The position numbers and the translations under genes were made by a program. From contig NIVC01002263.1 of the NCBI GenBank assembly GCA_002269645.1, positions 1-64,000 of the forward strand: 64,000 nucleotides of DNA, read 5' to 3'. Below are positions 24,801 to 38,000 of this stretch, piece by piece. This DNA is from Macrostomum lignano (Eukaryota). The notes below the pieces were generated by a model. It ran no database searches. It was not told where the DNA came from and saw only the letters and a list, made by a program, of their open reading frames with translations. Numbering within the stretch: position 1 is the stretch's first letter; the number at the start of each line of letters is the position of its first letter.

Positions 24801-26062
24801 ATATTATATTATAAAGTGTAAACTGTATATATCCTGAGTCAGTTTTTTCCCCAGATAGACCCCCTTCAGTTTGGCGAGTTTTATCTCGAATTCTGCCTGT
24901 CTGTGTGTCTGTGTCGTGTTGTGTTTACACAGCTCGCAAAAGCTTCTGTCTATATATTTATTTAATCTGTCACTCGTATCTATTATGTCAATCATGAAAA
25001 TAATTCTTTTAATTAAAGATTTCTCTTATCATCGGGGATATATAATAATAATGCACTTCCACTCAGGCTAACCTTGAGGGGGGCGTACTAACCGCAGTCA
25101 AATCTGCTTAACTTGTGCAGTGCTGGCGGCGAACGCTCTGACCTATTATGGCTAGCAACCACATCAATCCTATAATGATGCAGGTCCTATCTAGATCTTG
25201 AGCGACTAACATATCCGGAGTGACTCTCAACCTATCTAGTCTAAGTTGACTCTCAATCCACCCAGAGTGACTCTCAATCCATCCAGAGTGACTCTCAATC
25301 CATCCAGTGACTCTCAATCCATCCAAAGTGACTCAATTTATCCAGAGTGACTCAATCCATCCAGAGTGACTCTCAATCCATCCAGAGTGACTTTCAATCC
25401 ATCAAGAGTGACTCTCAATCCATCCAAAGTGACTCAATTTATCCAGAGTGACTCAATCCTTCCAGAGTGACTCTCAATCCATCCAGAGTGACTCAATCCA
25501 TCTACCGGTACTGTTACTCTAATCATTTAGAGAGACTTTTTAACCCACGAAGAGTGACTCTCAATCCATCGAGAGTGACACTCAGTCCATCCAGAGTGAC
25601 TCTTAATCCATCCAGAGTGACTCTCAATCCATCGAGAGTGACACTCAGTCCATCCAGAGTGACTCTTAATCCATCCAGAGTGACTCTCAATCCATCGAGA
25701 GTGACACTCAATCCATGCAGAGTGACACTCAATTCATCCAGAGTGACACTCAATCCATCCAGAGTTACCCGCAATTCATCCAGAGTGACTCTCAACCCAT
25801 CCAGAGTGACTCAATCTATCTATTATTACCCTCCATGAATCTAGACGGACTTCTAATCCACGCAGAGTGATTTAAAATCAAAGCTTTATATGAGTGAAAA
25901 CGAAAAGTGAGAATTGGTCAAATCTTTTGCTGCTGGGTTAACAGACCGTTAAGCTAGTGTAGAGTCCAAGGCTAGAATTCCAGCAAATCTGAGAACGGCC
26001 GGCAGTTTGAGCTGAAACGGCAGACTAATCTTTGATGGCTGACAAGCGCGGATTAGAATTGC

Positions 26063-26097
<35 letters not shown>

Positions 26098-29000
26098 AAA
26101 AGCCTTGGCTGCCGTCCTTTCGCTTCTTCCCATCCAACCATTGGGATTTTAGAGCGAGCCTCTCTAACAGCTAAACAGCCTAACAGTCATTGGCCATTTC
26201 CCACTCCCAGAAATATCCTCATTCCCTCTTTCCCATTTCGTCTCGCGGTCGGCCGCGCTAAAAAGCCGGAGGCCGGGCCTGGCCCTGCTGACCAGGACAA
26301 GGCCAATATCCTCCCTCCGTGATCGGCCTAGTAATCTGAGAGCAATATTTATCCGGCCACTTTTTTTACACTTGGCCGCACTTTCCCTGAACCGCACCCT
26401 TGTGTACTATACTATATGCTCCAACACCTGCTGGATAAGTCTGTCTTTTAGTAGGTTAATATATTGTTTGTAATACCCCGTGTCCGATAGTAGCATTGGT
26501 CCAGGCGCCCGGCTTAAGTCTTCAATCTGGCTTGGCCTGCTGGGCACCTGTGCGGCAACCCCAACCCTCCCTAGCTGAACTCATGCCCGCTGCCGCCGCC
26601 TCCAACGCCACCGTCGCAGCCTCGGCAGCAGCAGCAAAGCCATCGTCTTATCAGCACAGCGGCCTGCTGCTGAGCCCGTCTGGGTGAGACTGTTAGACCT
26701 GATTGACTTGTGTTCACGGTGTGCTGAGCCCGGCTTGATAGCGGCTGTAAGGTGTGCTGAGCCCGGCTTGATAGCGGCTGTAAGGTGTGCTGAGCCCAGC
26801 TTGATAGCGGCTGTAAGGGTGTGCTGAACCCGGCTTGATAGCGGCTGTAAGGTGTGCTGAACCCGGCTTGATAGCGGCTGTAAGGTGTGCTGAACCCGGC
26901 TTGATAGCGGCTGTAAGGTGTGCTGAACCCGGCTTGATAGCGGCTGTAAGGTGTGCTGAACCCGGCTTGATAACGGCTGTAAGGTGTGCTGAGCCCAGCT
27001 TGATAGCGGCTGTAAGGTGTGCTGAACCCGGCTTGATAGCGGCTGTAAGGTGTGCTGAGCCCGGCTTGATAGCGGCTGTAAGGTGTGCTGAGCCCGGCTT
27101 GATAGCGGCTGTAAGGTGTGCTGAACCCGGCTTGATAGCGGCTGTAAGGTGTGCTGAGCCCAGCTTGATAGCGGCTGTAAGGTGTGCTGAACCCGGCTTG
27201 ATAGCGGCTGTAAGGTGTGCTGAGCCCGGCTTGATAGCGGCTGTAAGGTGTGCTGAGCCCGGCTTGATAGCGGCTGTAAGGTGTGCTGAACCCGGCTTGA
27301 TAGCGGCTGTAAGGTGTGCTGAGCCCGGCTTGATAGCGGCTGTAAGGTGTGCTGAGTCCAGCTTGATAGCGGCTGTAAGGTGTGCTGAACCCGGCTTGAT
27401 AGCGGCTGTAAGGTGTGCTGAACCCGGCTTGATAGCGGCTGTAAGGTGTGCTGAGCCCGGCTTGATAGCGGCTGTAAGGTGTGCTGAACCCGGCTTGTTA
27501 GCGGCTGTAAGGTGTGCTGAGCCCGGCTTGATAGCGGCTGTAAGGTGTGCTGAGCCCAGCTTGATAGCGGCTGTAAGGTGTGCTGAGCCCGGCTTGATAG
27601 CGGCTGTAAGGTGTGCTGAGCCCGGCTTGATAGCGGCTGTAAGGTGTGCTGAACCCGGCTTGATAGCGGCTGTAAGGTGTGCTGAGCCCGGCTTGATAGC
27701 GGCTGTAAGGTGTGCTGAGCCCAGCTTGATAGCGGCTGTAAGGTGTGCTGAACCCGGCTTGATAGCGAAAAAAAACTAGATAGCTAAGCACGAATCCAAA
27801 CAGCAACTTTGAGGCTGCTAAAACACCAAACTAATACATGTAATCTCAAAAAGATCTAAAATGTAAAATTTCTTGCAAGCTACAGATTATCAAACGTCCC
27901 AGTTATTGGAGAGCTCGCTCATCTATTTCTGTCACCTACTTGTACCTGACTCCGACACTTGCCATTAGGACACCCTGTTTCACTTTTTGCCTGAAGAAGT
28001 CCGTCTCTCTTTCTCGTATCGATTTTTGATACCAAAGCTGCTTTACAGCAATCCGACACCGGCAGGCAGCCTCGGGGCAGAGCGGAGTTGCTGAGCCTGT
28101 CGAATATCCGCTGCCGCCTTCTCATCCCCGACCACATCTTGCCGTCGAATTTCGAATCATATACCCTTCCCTGTAGCCTTGCATGCGGTTTTCGTCAGGT
28201 TTTTGTATTGAGTCTTTCACTTTTACACTGGCGCGTGCCGCCCCTCTGCTAACTGCGAGTCCATTTTCCATTCTACTCGTATACTCGTGACTTTCTGTTC
28301 GCCTGACTGTCTGCTGTCTGAAATTCAGGTCTGCTCTCAATCTCTCTCTCACTCTGTCTCTCTCTGCAGTATCTTTGAGTGTCACGGGTTTTTTATAATA
28401 ATTCCGAATTCACCGCGCCGCTTTAAAACAAGGGTGAGTTAAGGTATAGGTAAATCAGCTTTTGTGCGATTCACGGGTCAACTTTTGCTACATACAGAAA
28501 GCTCAGTCTGTCTGTCTGACGGTCTGTCTGTCTGTCTGTCTGTTCGTCTGTCTGTCTGTCTGTCTGTCTCGGTGTCTGTCTGCACCTGTCTCAGTGTCTG
28601 TCTGCATCTGTCTCAGTGTCTGTCTGCATCTGTCTCAGTGTCTGTCTGCATCTGTCTCAGTGTCTGTCTGCATCTGTCTCGGTGTCTGTCTGCATCTGTC
28701 TCAGTGTCTGTCTGCATCTGTCTCAGTGTCTGTCTGCATCTGTCTCAGTGTCTGTCTGCATCTGTCTCGGTGTCTGTCTGCATCTGTCTCAGTGTCTGTC
28801 TGCATCTGTCTCAGTGTCTGTCTGCATCTGTCTCAGTGTCTGTCTGCATCTGTCTCAGTGTCTGTCTGCATCTGTCTCAGTGTCTGTCTGCATCTGTCTC
28901 AGTGTCTGTCTGCATCTGTCTCAGTGTCTGCACCTGTCTCAGTGTCTGTCTGCATCTGTCTCAGTGTCTGTCTGCATCTTTCTCAGTGTCTGTCTGCATC

Positions 29001-31953
29001 TGTCTCAGTGTCTGTCTGCATCTGTCTCGGTGTCGTCTGCATCTGTCTCAGTGTCTGTCTGCACCTGTCTCAGTGTCTGTCTGCATCTGTCTCAGTGTCT
29101 GCACCTGTCTCAGTGTCTGTCTGCATCTGTCTCGGTGTCTGTCTGCATCTGTCTCAGTGTCTGTCTGCACCTGTCTCAGTGTCTGTCTGCATCTGTCTCA
29201 GTGTCTGTCTGCATCTGTCTCGGTGTCTGTCTGCATCTGTCTCAGTGTCTGTCTGCATCTGTCTCAGTGTCTGTCTGCATCTGTCTCAGTGTCTGTCTGC
29301 ATCTGTCTCAGTGTCTGTCTGCATCTGTCTCAGTGTCTGTCTGCACCTGTCTCAGTGTCTGTCTGCATCTGTCTCAGTGTCTGTCTGCATCTGTCTCGGT
29401 GTCTGTCTGCATCTGTCTCAGTGTCTGTCTGCATCTGTCTCAGTGTCTGTCTGCATCTGTCTCAGTGTCTGTCTGCATCTGTCTCAGTGTCTGTCTGCAT
29501 CTTTCTCAGTGTCTGTCTGCACCTGTCTCAGTGTCTGTCTGCATCTTTCTCAGTGTCTGTCTGCATCTGTCTCAGTGTCTGTCTGCATCTGTCTCAGTGT
29601 CTGTCTGCATCTGTCTCAGTGTCTGTCTGCATCTGTCTCAGTGTCTGTCTGCATCTGTCTCAGTGTCTGTCTGCATCTGTCTCAGTGTCTGTCTGCATCT
29701 GTCTCAGTGTCTGTCTGCATCTGTCTCAGTGTCTGTCTGCATCTGTCTCGGTGTCGTCTGCATCTGTCTCAGTGTCTGTCTGCACCTGTCTCAGTGTCTG
29801 TCTGCATCTGTCTCAGTGTCTGTCTGCATCTGTCTCAGTGTCTGTCTGCATCTGTCTCAGTGTCTGTCTGCATCTGTCTCAGTGTCTGTCTGCATCTGTC
29901 TCAGTGTCTGTCTGCATCTGTCTCAGTGTCTGTCTGCATCTGTCTCAGTGTCTGTCTGCATCTGTCTCAGTGTCTGTCTGCATCTTTCTCAGTGTCTGTC
30001 TGCATCTGTCTCAGTGTCTGTCTGCATCTTTCTCAGTGTCTGTCTGCATCTTTCTCAGTGTCTGTCTGCATCTTTCTCAGTGTCTGTCTGCATCTGTCTC
30101 AATGTCTGTCTGCATCTTTCTCAGTGTCTGTCTGCATCTGTCTCAGTGTCTGTCTGCATCTTTCTCAATGTCTGTCTGCATCTTTCTCAGTGTCTGTCTG
30201 CATCTGTCTCAGTGTCTGTCTGCATCTGTCTCAGTGTCTGTCTGCATCTGTCTCAGTGTCTGTCTGCATCTTTCTCGGTGTCTGTCTGCATCTGTCTCAA
30301 TGTCTGTCTGCATCTGTCTCAGTCTCAGTCCGGCCGCCACCCGCCGGCCAGCCAGTGTCTCTGATCCGCAGCACTAATTGAGCCGCCGCTGACGCCGCTC
30401 CCACAGCCCAGTCGCGGCCTCCCCCGGGCCAGTCTGAGCCCGGCCGGCCGGCCCTGTGTCCGGCTAATCAACCGAAACAACTGCTGTGGGAGGAGTTGGG
30501 AGGGCAGCCGCCCCCTTCTCGCCGCCCGTATTTTGCGGCCGCCACCCAAACGCTTCCCCATCCGGCTTTTTGCTGTATTCCTTCCAGCCTCTTCTGTACT
30601 CTTTTTTCCTCGTCATCGCATATGATCTTCAAGCCGGCTACACCTCCCAGTCTGTCCCTATGGCCTTAGCTGCACCCTTTATGCTCTCGTGGCTGATTTT
30701 TCATATATATCTCTTTGACCACAGTCAAGGACCAGGCTGGGTAGATTCTCTCTAATAACTGGGGAGTGAGTACGTTTGGGATTGGTATTCCTCCCACTCC
30801 CTTGTCAGTATCCTATTTCAGTACGGTATAAGAATGCGGGCTAATCTCACCTGACACTAATTAAGCTTGCATGCCGGAACTGTTCTCTCCCCCCCCCTGA
30901 CCGGCAAGCCTCCACCTGTTGTCTGTTGGAATCCCCTGCTGACTAAGAGTATGCAGCTCAACTAATGCGGTGCAGCCCTATTAACCGGGGCGCATCTGGT
31001 GTCCCGCAATTTTTTTATGAACAGACTTTTCTTCTTAGTTATACTCGAGACGACTTGTAGGCAAAAAAGATTGATTAATGATTGATAGATCGATTGAGAT
31101 TGGTAAATGTGATTGACAACTTCAATAAATAGATATAAATACTACATTGATAGGAAGGCTAGATGAAATGCTCACAGACAGGACCTACACAGCCGAACCA
31201 GGAACTGCCAGCATCCGTTATGCGCCTTCAACTCGCTAATTCAAATTGGTGCGCTTTGGGGCTGCCAACGCCCCCCTCTCACTCTCCCTCCCTCCCTCAG
31301 GGCATTTTGCCGCTTCCCCAGCCAGCAGTTGGGAGCATTCCTCTCGGAAAGTTGTGAATTCAAGATTACTTCGCGCCACCGCTGAGAGACGTTTTCAGGC
31401 GCTGTGGGGGGGGGCACTCCTGCAAGAGAAGGCTGGATATAGGCCGATGGATTTTCTCTGGACTCTGAGAAATATTTATTTAATTTCTAGCCCGGCCGCC
31501 TTGTCCAAGTGGACAGCGGAGAAAAAGTAGTGAGCTGCTAAGCCGGCCGACTAAATCGCCCGTCTGCCCTGGTCTCTGCCTCTCTCTTTCATTTATCCCC
31601 GAGTTTGAGAATAATTGAAGTTTGCGTCGCGTGCCCCCGACTCAGCTTGTTAGAGTTGGCGTTGAGCTGTGAACGGGATAAATTGAGAAGGTGAATCCTT
31701 ATGTCTGAGGCGAAGTCCAAGGTCTGGGGGGGGGCACCTTCGAATATCCCAGCTAATGCTGGCACCTATTTTACATCTGGGTGAACTGAAGCAATGCAGA
31801 GTTAGATGTCTTGCTCAAGGACACAATATTGTTCCGAGTGGCATCGAGAATCGAACCCCCGACCTTCAAGTTGTGAGTCCGACGCTCTGACCACTAGGCT
31901 ATAACCTATAACCCCTATATATAGCATTTATCTATATCTATAAAAATCAAAAC

Positions 31954-32018
<65 letters not shown>

Positions 32019-35000
32019 GGACAAATTACTTCGCTATGGACTCCCAAACCGCTCAACCAAATGACACCAAACTTTACACCCACCCTAAACTAATTACGGA
32101 GAATGTCTTAGGCTACCTTTAAATTTTCTAGACTCAAGTCTTCCTACCTAAAAGTACAAAAAACTGCTCAAAATGCGCGATTTTTTCACTTAATCCTCCA
32201 TAGCGTTGCTCCACTTCTACCGATTCTCTTTAAATTTGACACAGATAATCTTAAACTATTTTGGAACAATCATGTAAAATTTCGAGTCTCAAAGTTAATC
32301 CTGAGCGGTGCTGTGCACTTTTAAAGTTAGGCTGTTTTTTTCAGCGTAGCAACCACCCCAACCTCCGCCCGCCTGCCTCTCTTTCCCGATCTGGGCAAAG
32401 GGTGTGAGTAGGTTTTAAAATGCCTAACTCTCGGCTGCCATAGTTTTGCTCCACGTGAAGCGATTGACTTCAAATTTGACACAATTCTTTATTGACTCAT
32501 TCTCTGCCTACATGTAAAGTCTCAACTCTGTATCTCAATCAGGACGGAAACTGTAAGCATGTGAAGTTTGTCTGCTTTTTCTGTTGTTTGTGCCGCTCAC
32601 TCACTCATTCCCCCAGCCCAGAAGAAGGGTCAGACGATAGGGCTCAATGTACATAGCAAATGTACAGTGTTTTGGAATAACTTTTTAATAGCCTTCTCCG
32701 CACCCCGCGCGTGGAGAGGCTACGTTTAGCCATGACAGTTTAGCGAGAGATTCAAACCAGTGTCCTCTGTATAGACAAGTCTGCAGCAGTTTAACAGTGG
32801 ATTTAACAGTGGCAGTGGCACTGTTTAACAGTGGCAAATCAAGGCGATGTGGGATGGTTTGTAAAAATAGCGAAAAATGAATGAATAACTGATTTGTAGT
32901 GATTACAATGCAATCCTACTAAATTAGTTACACCATGAAAATTTTAACATTAAGATTCGCATAAGGTACTTTAAAATTTAAATGGCTCCTAAGAAATACG
33001 TATTTCCTTGGTTGTTAGACTGCTGCAGAGTGGTGGTGGTCTGGTGGAGCTGGGCTGGAGGGAGATACACAAATTCCTCTCAGGGCTGCTAATTGGCCAG
33101 AAATATAATGTGATTAAAGCATAACAACCATGAGAGTACTACGTCCCACAAACGCTTTCGAAGCGGGGATTGGCAGACTTAACCTCAAATGCCAGATAAA
33201 GAATCGAGCTCATGGCTGATAAGATGAGAGTGAAAAGGAGAAGGAATATACTATAAGAAAAGAAGAGAAGCGAGAGGAGGATAAGAGAAAAGATAGAAGA
33301 CAAGAAGATAGACGATGGGGTAAGGATAAGGAGTGAGCAGATAATATTGGAGTAAGAAGCGAGAGGAGGGGAGAGAAAAGGGAGAGGAAAGAGTAGAAGT
33401 GAGAAGAGGGAGAGAGAAGATGGGAGAGATGAGACAGGATCGATGACAGAGGAGAGCAGAGAAGAGTGAGAAGAGAGTAGAGATGAGAGATGAAGGAGGA
33501 GAGAGCAGAGTGCAGAAAGGCGAGAGAAGAGAATAGAGGGGAGGGAGTATAGAAGAGAGAAGAGAAGAGAAGGAAAGAGAGGAATCAGAAGAGGGTAAAG
33601 AGAAGAGTACACTGAAGATTGGAGAGTACAGATGACAGAAAAGAGAGGGGATGAGAGTGAACACGATATCTGAGAGGAGAGAGGAGAGCGGAGATAGGAG
33701 TCAGATGAGGGGAAAGAGAAGAGTACAGAGGAGAGAGGTGAGAACATACGAGTATACGAGAGTAAAGATGACAGATGAGAGAGGGAAGATGAGACTGAGA
33801 GAGCAAAGACGAGAGTGAACACACGAGAGATGGGAGAGTAGAGAGAAAAGAGGATAGATAAGAAATAAGAGATGAGAGATGAAAGGTGAGACAAAGGGAG
33901 AGAGAGAAGTTAGTGAGGAGAGAGGAGGGGAGGGGAGAGAATCGAGAGGACAGGGGAAAGAGGGGAAAGGATGAGAGAGAGATGAGAGAAGGGAGAGGAG
34001 AGAGAGGGAGAGATAGAGGTAGAGAGCATGCAGAGAGAAATGAGAAAAGATAAGAGAGAAAAGATAAAAGAAGAGAAAGGAGAGATAGATAAGAGAGCAA
34101 AGACGAGAGAGGAGAGGTGAGGGAAGAGACGATAGAAGAGAGGAGAGAGAAGAGAGAGTAGAGAGCAGAGGGAAGATAGAGTAGAGAGCAGAGAGAAGAT
34201 AGAGTAGAGGAGAGAGAAGAGAGAGTAGAGAGCAGAGAGAAGATAGAATAAAGAGCAGAAAGAAATGGGAAGAGATAAAACAGGAGAAAGGGAGAGATAA
34301 GAGAGCAGAGACAAGAGAGGAGAGGAGAGGAGAGAAAAGAATAAGAGGGAATAGACGAGAGAAGAGGGGATAGAGGAGAGAGAGAATAGACCACAGACCA
34401 GTGAGAAGAGAGAAAACAGAAGAGAAGGTAGAGATAGAAGTTTCTAAGGATTCAACTTCCAAGGAACACAAGGAGAGGCAGAGGCCATGAGTTTGCCTGA
34501 CATTCTGCGCAGCACCCCAACCAACAATATTAATGTTTGCTTCGAATACTAATTTTACATGAATGTACTCTATGTTTAACTCTAAATTCCTAACTATTAA
34601 AAAGTTTTTGTTTAAGTATGACTTCAGATTTTAGAATACATGCAAAAATAGTTCTAGGGATTGGAGTTCCCCTGGTTCAAAATCCGCGGGTTTCAACAGC
34701 TTGTATATATATATGCTAGGCTAAATGATAAGAAAGCATCTAAGCATGATCAAACCCGATGATTTCTCCGATATGCTCATTCGTTGGGCTATTTCCCAAA
34801 GTAAATTTGTCCCCTGTTCGATTATCCTTAGCTATTGCATGCTAGCGTGTATTCGTGCCCAATCCGCTTTAACTATTTAGCTATAATCCACTATATATAT
34901 GTCTAATATATGCCTGTCGTTTTTGAGCAACCTGCCGGGCCATTAATGGCGCGAGTCCGTGACCCCCGATATCTGGCAGTAAGCAATATAGCGAAAAAGG

Positions 35001-38000
35001 CTGTATAAGAATGAACCGAATGAGGCCCAGGGCAGATCTGCTCTCCCTATGCTAATTATGTATGCGGAACTCTGGCCGCAACCCCCTTCCCGTCTACTGC
35101 TTCTTCTGCTTCTCCTCTCACTTCTCTACTCTCCCCCCTCTCTCTCTCTCCTAATGCTTGTTTGCCCCTAAAACCTCGGAATCCCATTCTAGACGATCCC
35201 ATTCCCGATGCCGACCTCTCTGCTGCTATCTATCTGCCGGTCTGAAACTCTCATTTCCCTCTCTGATTCTTCATGGCTGCTCTCGCTTAGCTTTGGATGC
35301 TGTGTTTATTACACTGCAACAGGAGTCTCATAGGCTTGTGTGTGTGTGACTCTCAGCCTTGCTTTCACACTGCAACAGGAGTCTCATAGGCTTGTGTGTG
35401 TGAGACTCTCAGCCTTGCTTTCACACTGCAACAGGAGTCTCATAGGCTTGTGTGTGTGAGACTCTCAGCCTTGCTTTCACACTGCAACAGGAGTCTCATA
35501 GGCTTGTGTGTGTGAGACTCTCAGCCTTGCTTTCACACTGCAACAGGAGTGTCATATGCTTGTGTGTGTGAGACTCTCAGCCTTGCTTTCACACTGCAAC
35601 AGGAGTCTCATAGGCTTGTGTGTGTGAGACTCTCAGCCTTGCTTTCACACTGCAACAGGAGTCTCATAGGCTTGTGTGTGTGAGACTCTCAGCCTTGCTT
35701 TCACACTGCAACAGGAGTCTCATAGGCTTGTGTGTGAGACTCTCAGCCTTGCTTTCACACTGCAACAGGAGTCTCATAGGCTTGTGTGTGTGAGACTCTC
35801 AGCCTTTCTCTCACACTGCAACAGGAGTGTCAAAGGCTTGTGTGTATGTGTGTGCTGATATCTCAAGTAATTACATAATCATAATCTCCGCCCCCATTGC
35901 GCAGGCTACTAGATAAGCTGCTTGTCGTCTGCCCAAATGTGGACTATTGCGAAGAAGTGCTTCAGCGCTGCGAGCTCGAGTCGCACCTGGTGCACCGGTG
36001 AGTCAAACTGTTTTTAACCCCTTTTCTAAAAAAGTAAATGTTAATATACCTATCAGCATATGTAAAAGCATTTGCTTGAATAAAAACTCCCCATTCCGAC
36101 GCTCAAGATCACTATCCTGAAGCTGATAATCTCTATCCTGAAGCTGATAATCTCTATCCTGAAGCTGATAATCTCTATCCTGAAGCTGATAATATCCATT
36201 CTGAAGCTGATAATCTCTATCCTGAAGCTGATAATATCCATTCTGAAGCTGGTAATCTATCCTGAAGCTGATAATCTCTATCCTGAAGCTGATAATCTCT
36301 ATCCTGAAGCTGATAATCTCTATCCTGAAGCTGATAATCTATCCTGAAGCTGATAATCTCTATCCTGAAACTGATCATCTCTATCCTGAAGCTGATAATC
36401 TCTATCCTGAAGCTGATAATCTCTATCCTGAAGCTGATAATATCCATTCTGAAGCTGATAATCTCCATTCTGAAGCTGATAATCTATCCTGAAGCTGATA
36501 ATCTCTATCCTGAAGCTGATAATCTCTATCCTGAAGCTGATAATATCCATTCTGAAGCTGATAATCTCCATTCTGAAGCTGATAATCTCTATCCTGAAGC
36601 TGATAATCTCTATCCTGAAGCTGATAATCTCTATCCTGAAGCTGATATTCTTTATCCTGAAGCTAATAATCTCTATCCTGAATTTTATAATCTCTATCCT
36701 GAAGCTGATAATATCCATTCTGAAGCTGATAATCTCCATTCTGAAGCTGATAATCTCCTTTCTGAAGCTGATAATCTCTATCCTGAAGCTGATAATCTTC
36801 ATTCTGAAGCTGATAATCTCTCCTGAAGCTGACAATATCTATCCTAAAGCTGTAATCACCATCCTAAAGTAGCAAATCACCATTTTAAGCTTGGTAAGGA
36901 TCCTGACTTCTTTCATGAAAATACTCCCAAGTTTTAGGATAGTTTCCTTCCTTAGTACCAATTTTCAAAGCAGCTCATATGCGAGAAAATTGATGCAATC
37001 ACTGTATTCGCTACTTATTGCTGTTGTAGCAAATATCGTGACTTCTTGCTCAGCAAATCGAAATCTAATGAGATGTCCGTCCACGCAGGCTTTCTGTACT
37101 GTAACCGAGAATTGCTAATTTACAACTCTGTTCCCCTTCCCATGCACTTCACAGCTGCCGCGGGGCCGTCACCAGGTGCTCAAAATCCGGCCAGGGCTGC
37201 ACCTTCCAGGGTCCCAGGACCGCCCTGCAGAATCACCTGTGGGAGTGCCCGTTCCGCTCCGAGGCGGACGCCGATGCTGCAGGTGCTGCCGCCGCCGCTG
37301 CCGACCCTGCCAATGATGGTGAGCTATGAGACTTGTTTGAATTTGTGAGTGAATGCTATCAATGAGTGAGTGAATGCTATCAATGAAGTGAGTAAATGCT
37401 ATCAATGAGTGAGTGAATGCTATCAATGAAGTGAGTGAATGCTATCAATTAGTGAGTGAATGCCATCAATGAGTGAGTGAATACCATCAATGAGTGAGTG
37501 AATGCTATCACTGAGTGAGTGAATACCATCAATGAGTGATTGAATGCTATCAATGAGTGAATGAATGCTATCAATTATTGAATGCTATCAATGAGTGAAT
37601 GAATGCTATCAATTATTGAATGCTATCAATGAGTGAATGCTATTAATGAGTGAGTGAATGCTATCAATTATTGAATGCTATCAATGAGTGAATGCTATTA
37701 ATGAGTGAGTGAATGCTATCAATTATTGAATGCTATCAATTGGTGAGTGAATGCCATTAATGAGTGAGTGAATGCTATCAATTAGTGAATGAATGCTATC
37801 AATGAGTGAGTGAATGCTATCAATTGGTGAGTGAATGCTATCAATTAGTGAGTGAATGCTATCAATGAGTGAGTGAATTCTATCAATGAGTGGGTGAATT
37901 CTATCAATGAGTGGGTGAATGCTATTAATACGTGAGTGAATGCCATCAATGAGTGAGTGAATGCTATCAATGAGTGAGTGAATGCTATCAATGAGTGAGT

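Noticed and set aside
26835-27779. 314-aa LIAAVRCAEPG repeat ORF
   Set aside because: 33-nt minisatellite with a TTG start and no flanking coding context.
28462-30381. Three 580-640-aa Cys/Ser/Val-rich ORFs
   Set aside because: All three frames are open only because the 22-nt unit lacks stops; intronic minisatellite.
30327-30560. GC/CpG-rich island as a further LNX exon
   Set aside because: No ATG-to-donor or acceptor-to-donor combination compatible with the exon 3/4 phase was found; it may still be regulatory.
31840-31905. tRNA gene (also 10900-10955)
   Set aside because: A and B boxes are present, but acceptor and anticodon stems do not pair and a SINE-type body follows.
33139-34471. Leu/Ser-rich membrane-protein-like ORFs
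   Set aside because: Antisense reading of a GA-rich low-complexity tract; the 61171-62709 ORFs likewise come from pyrimidine-rich repeats.
35890-35912. Helitron-type 3' end (GCGCAGG...CTAG)
   Set aside because: It is the acceptor and first codons (K-L-L-D) of LNX exon 4.
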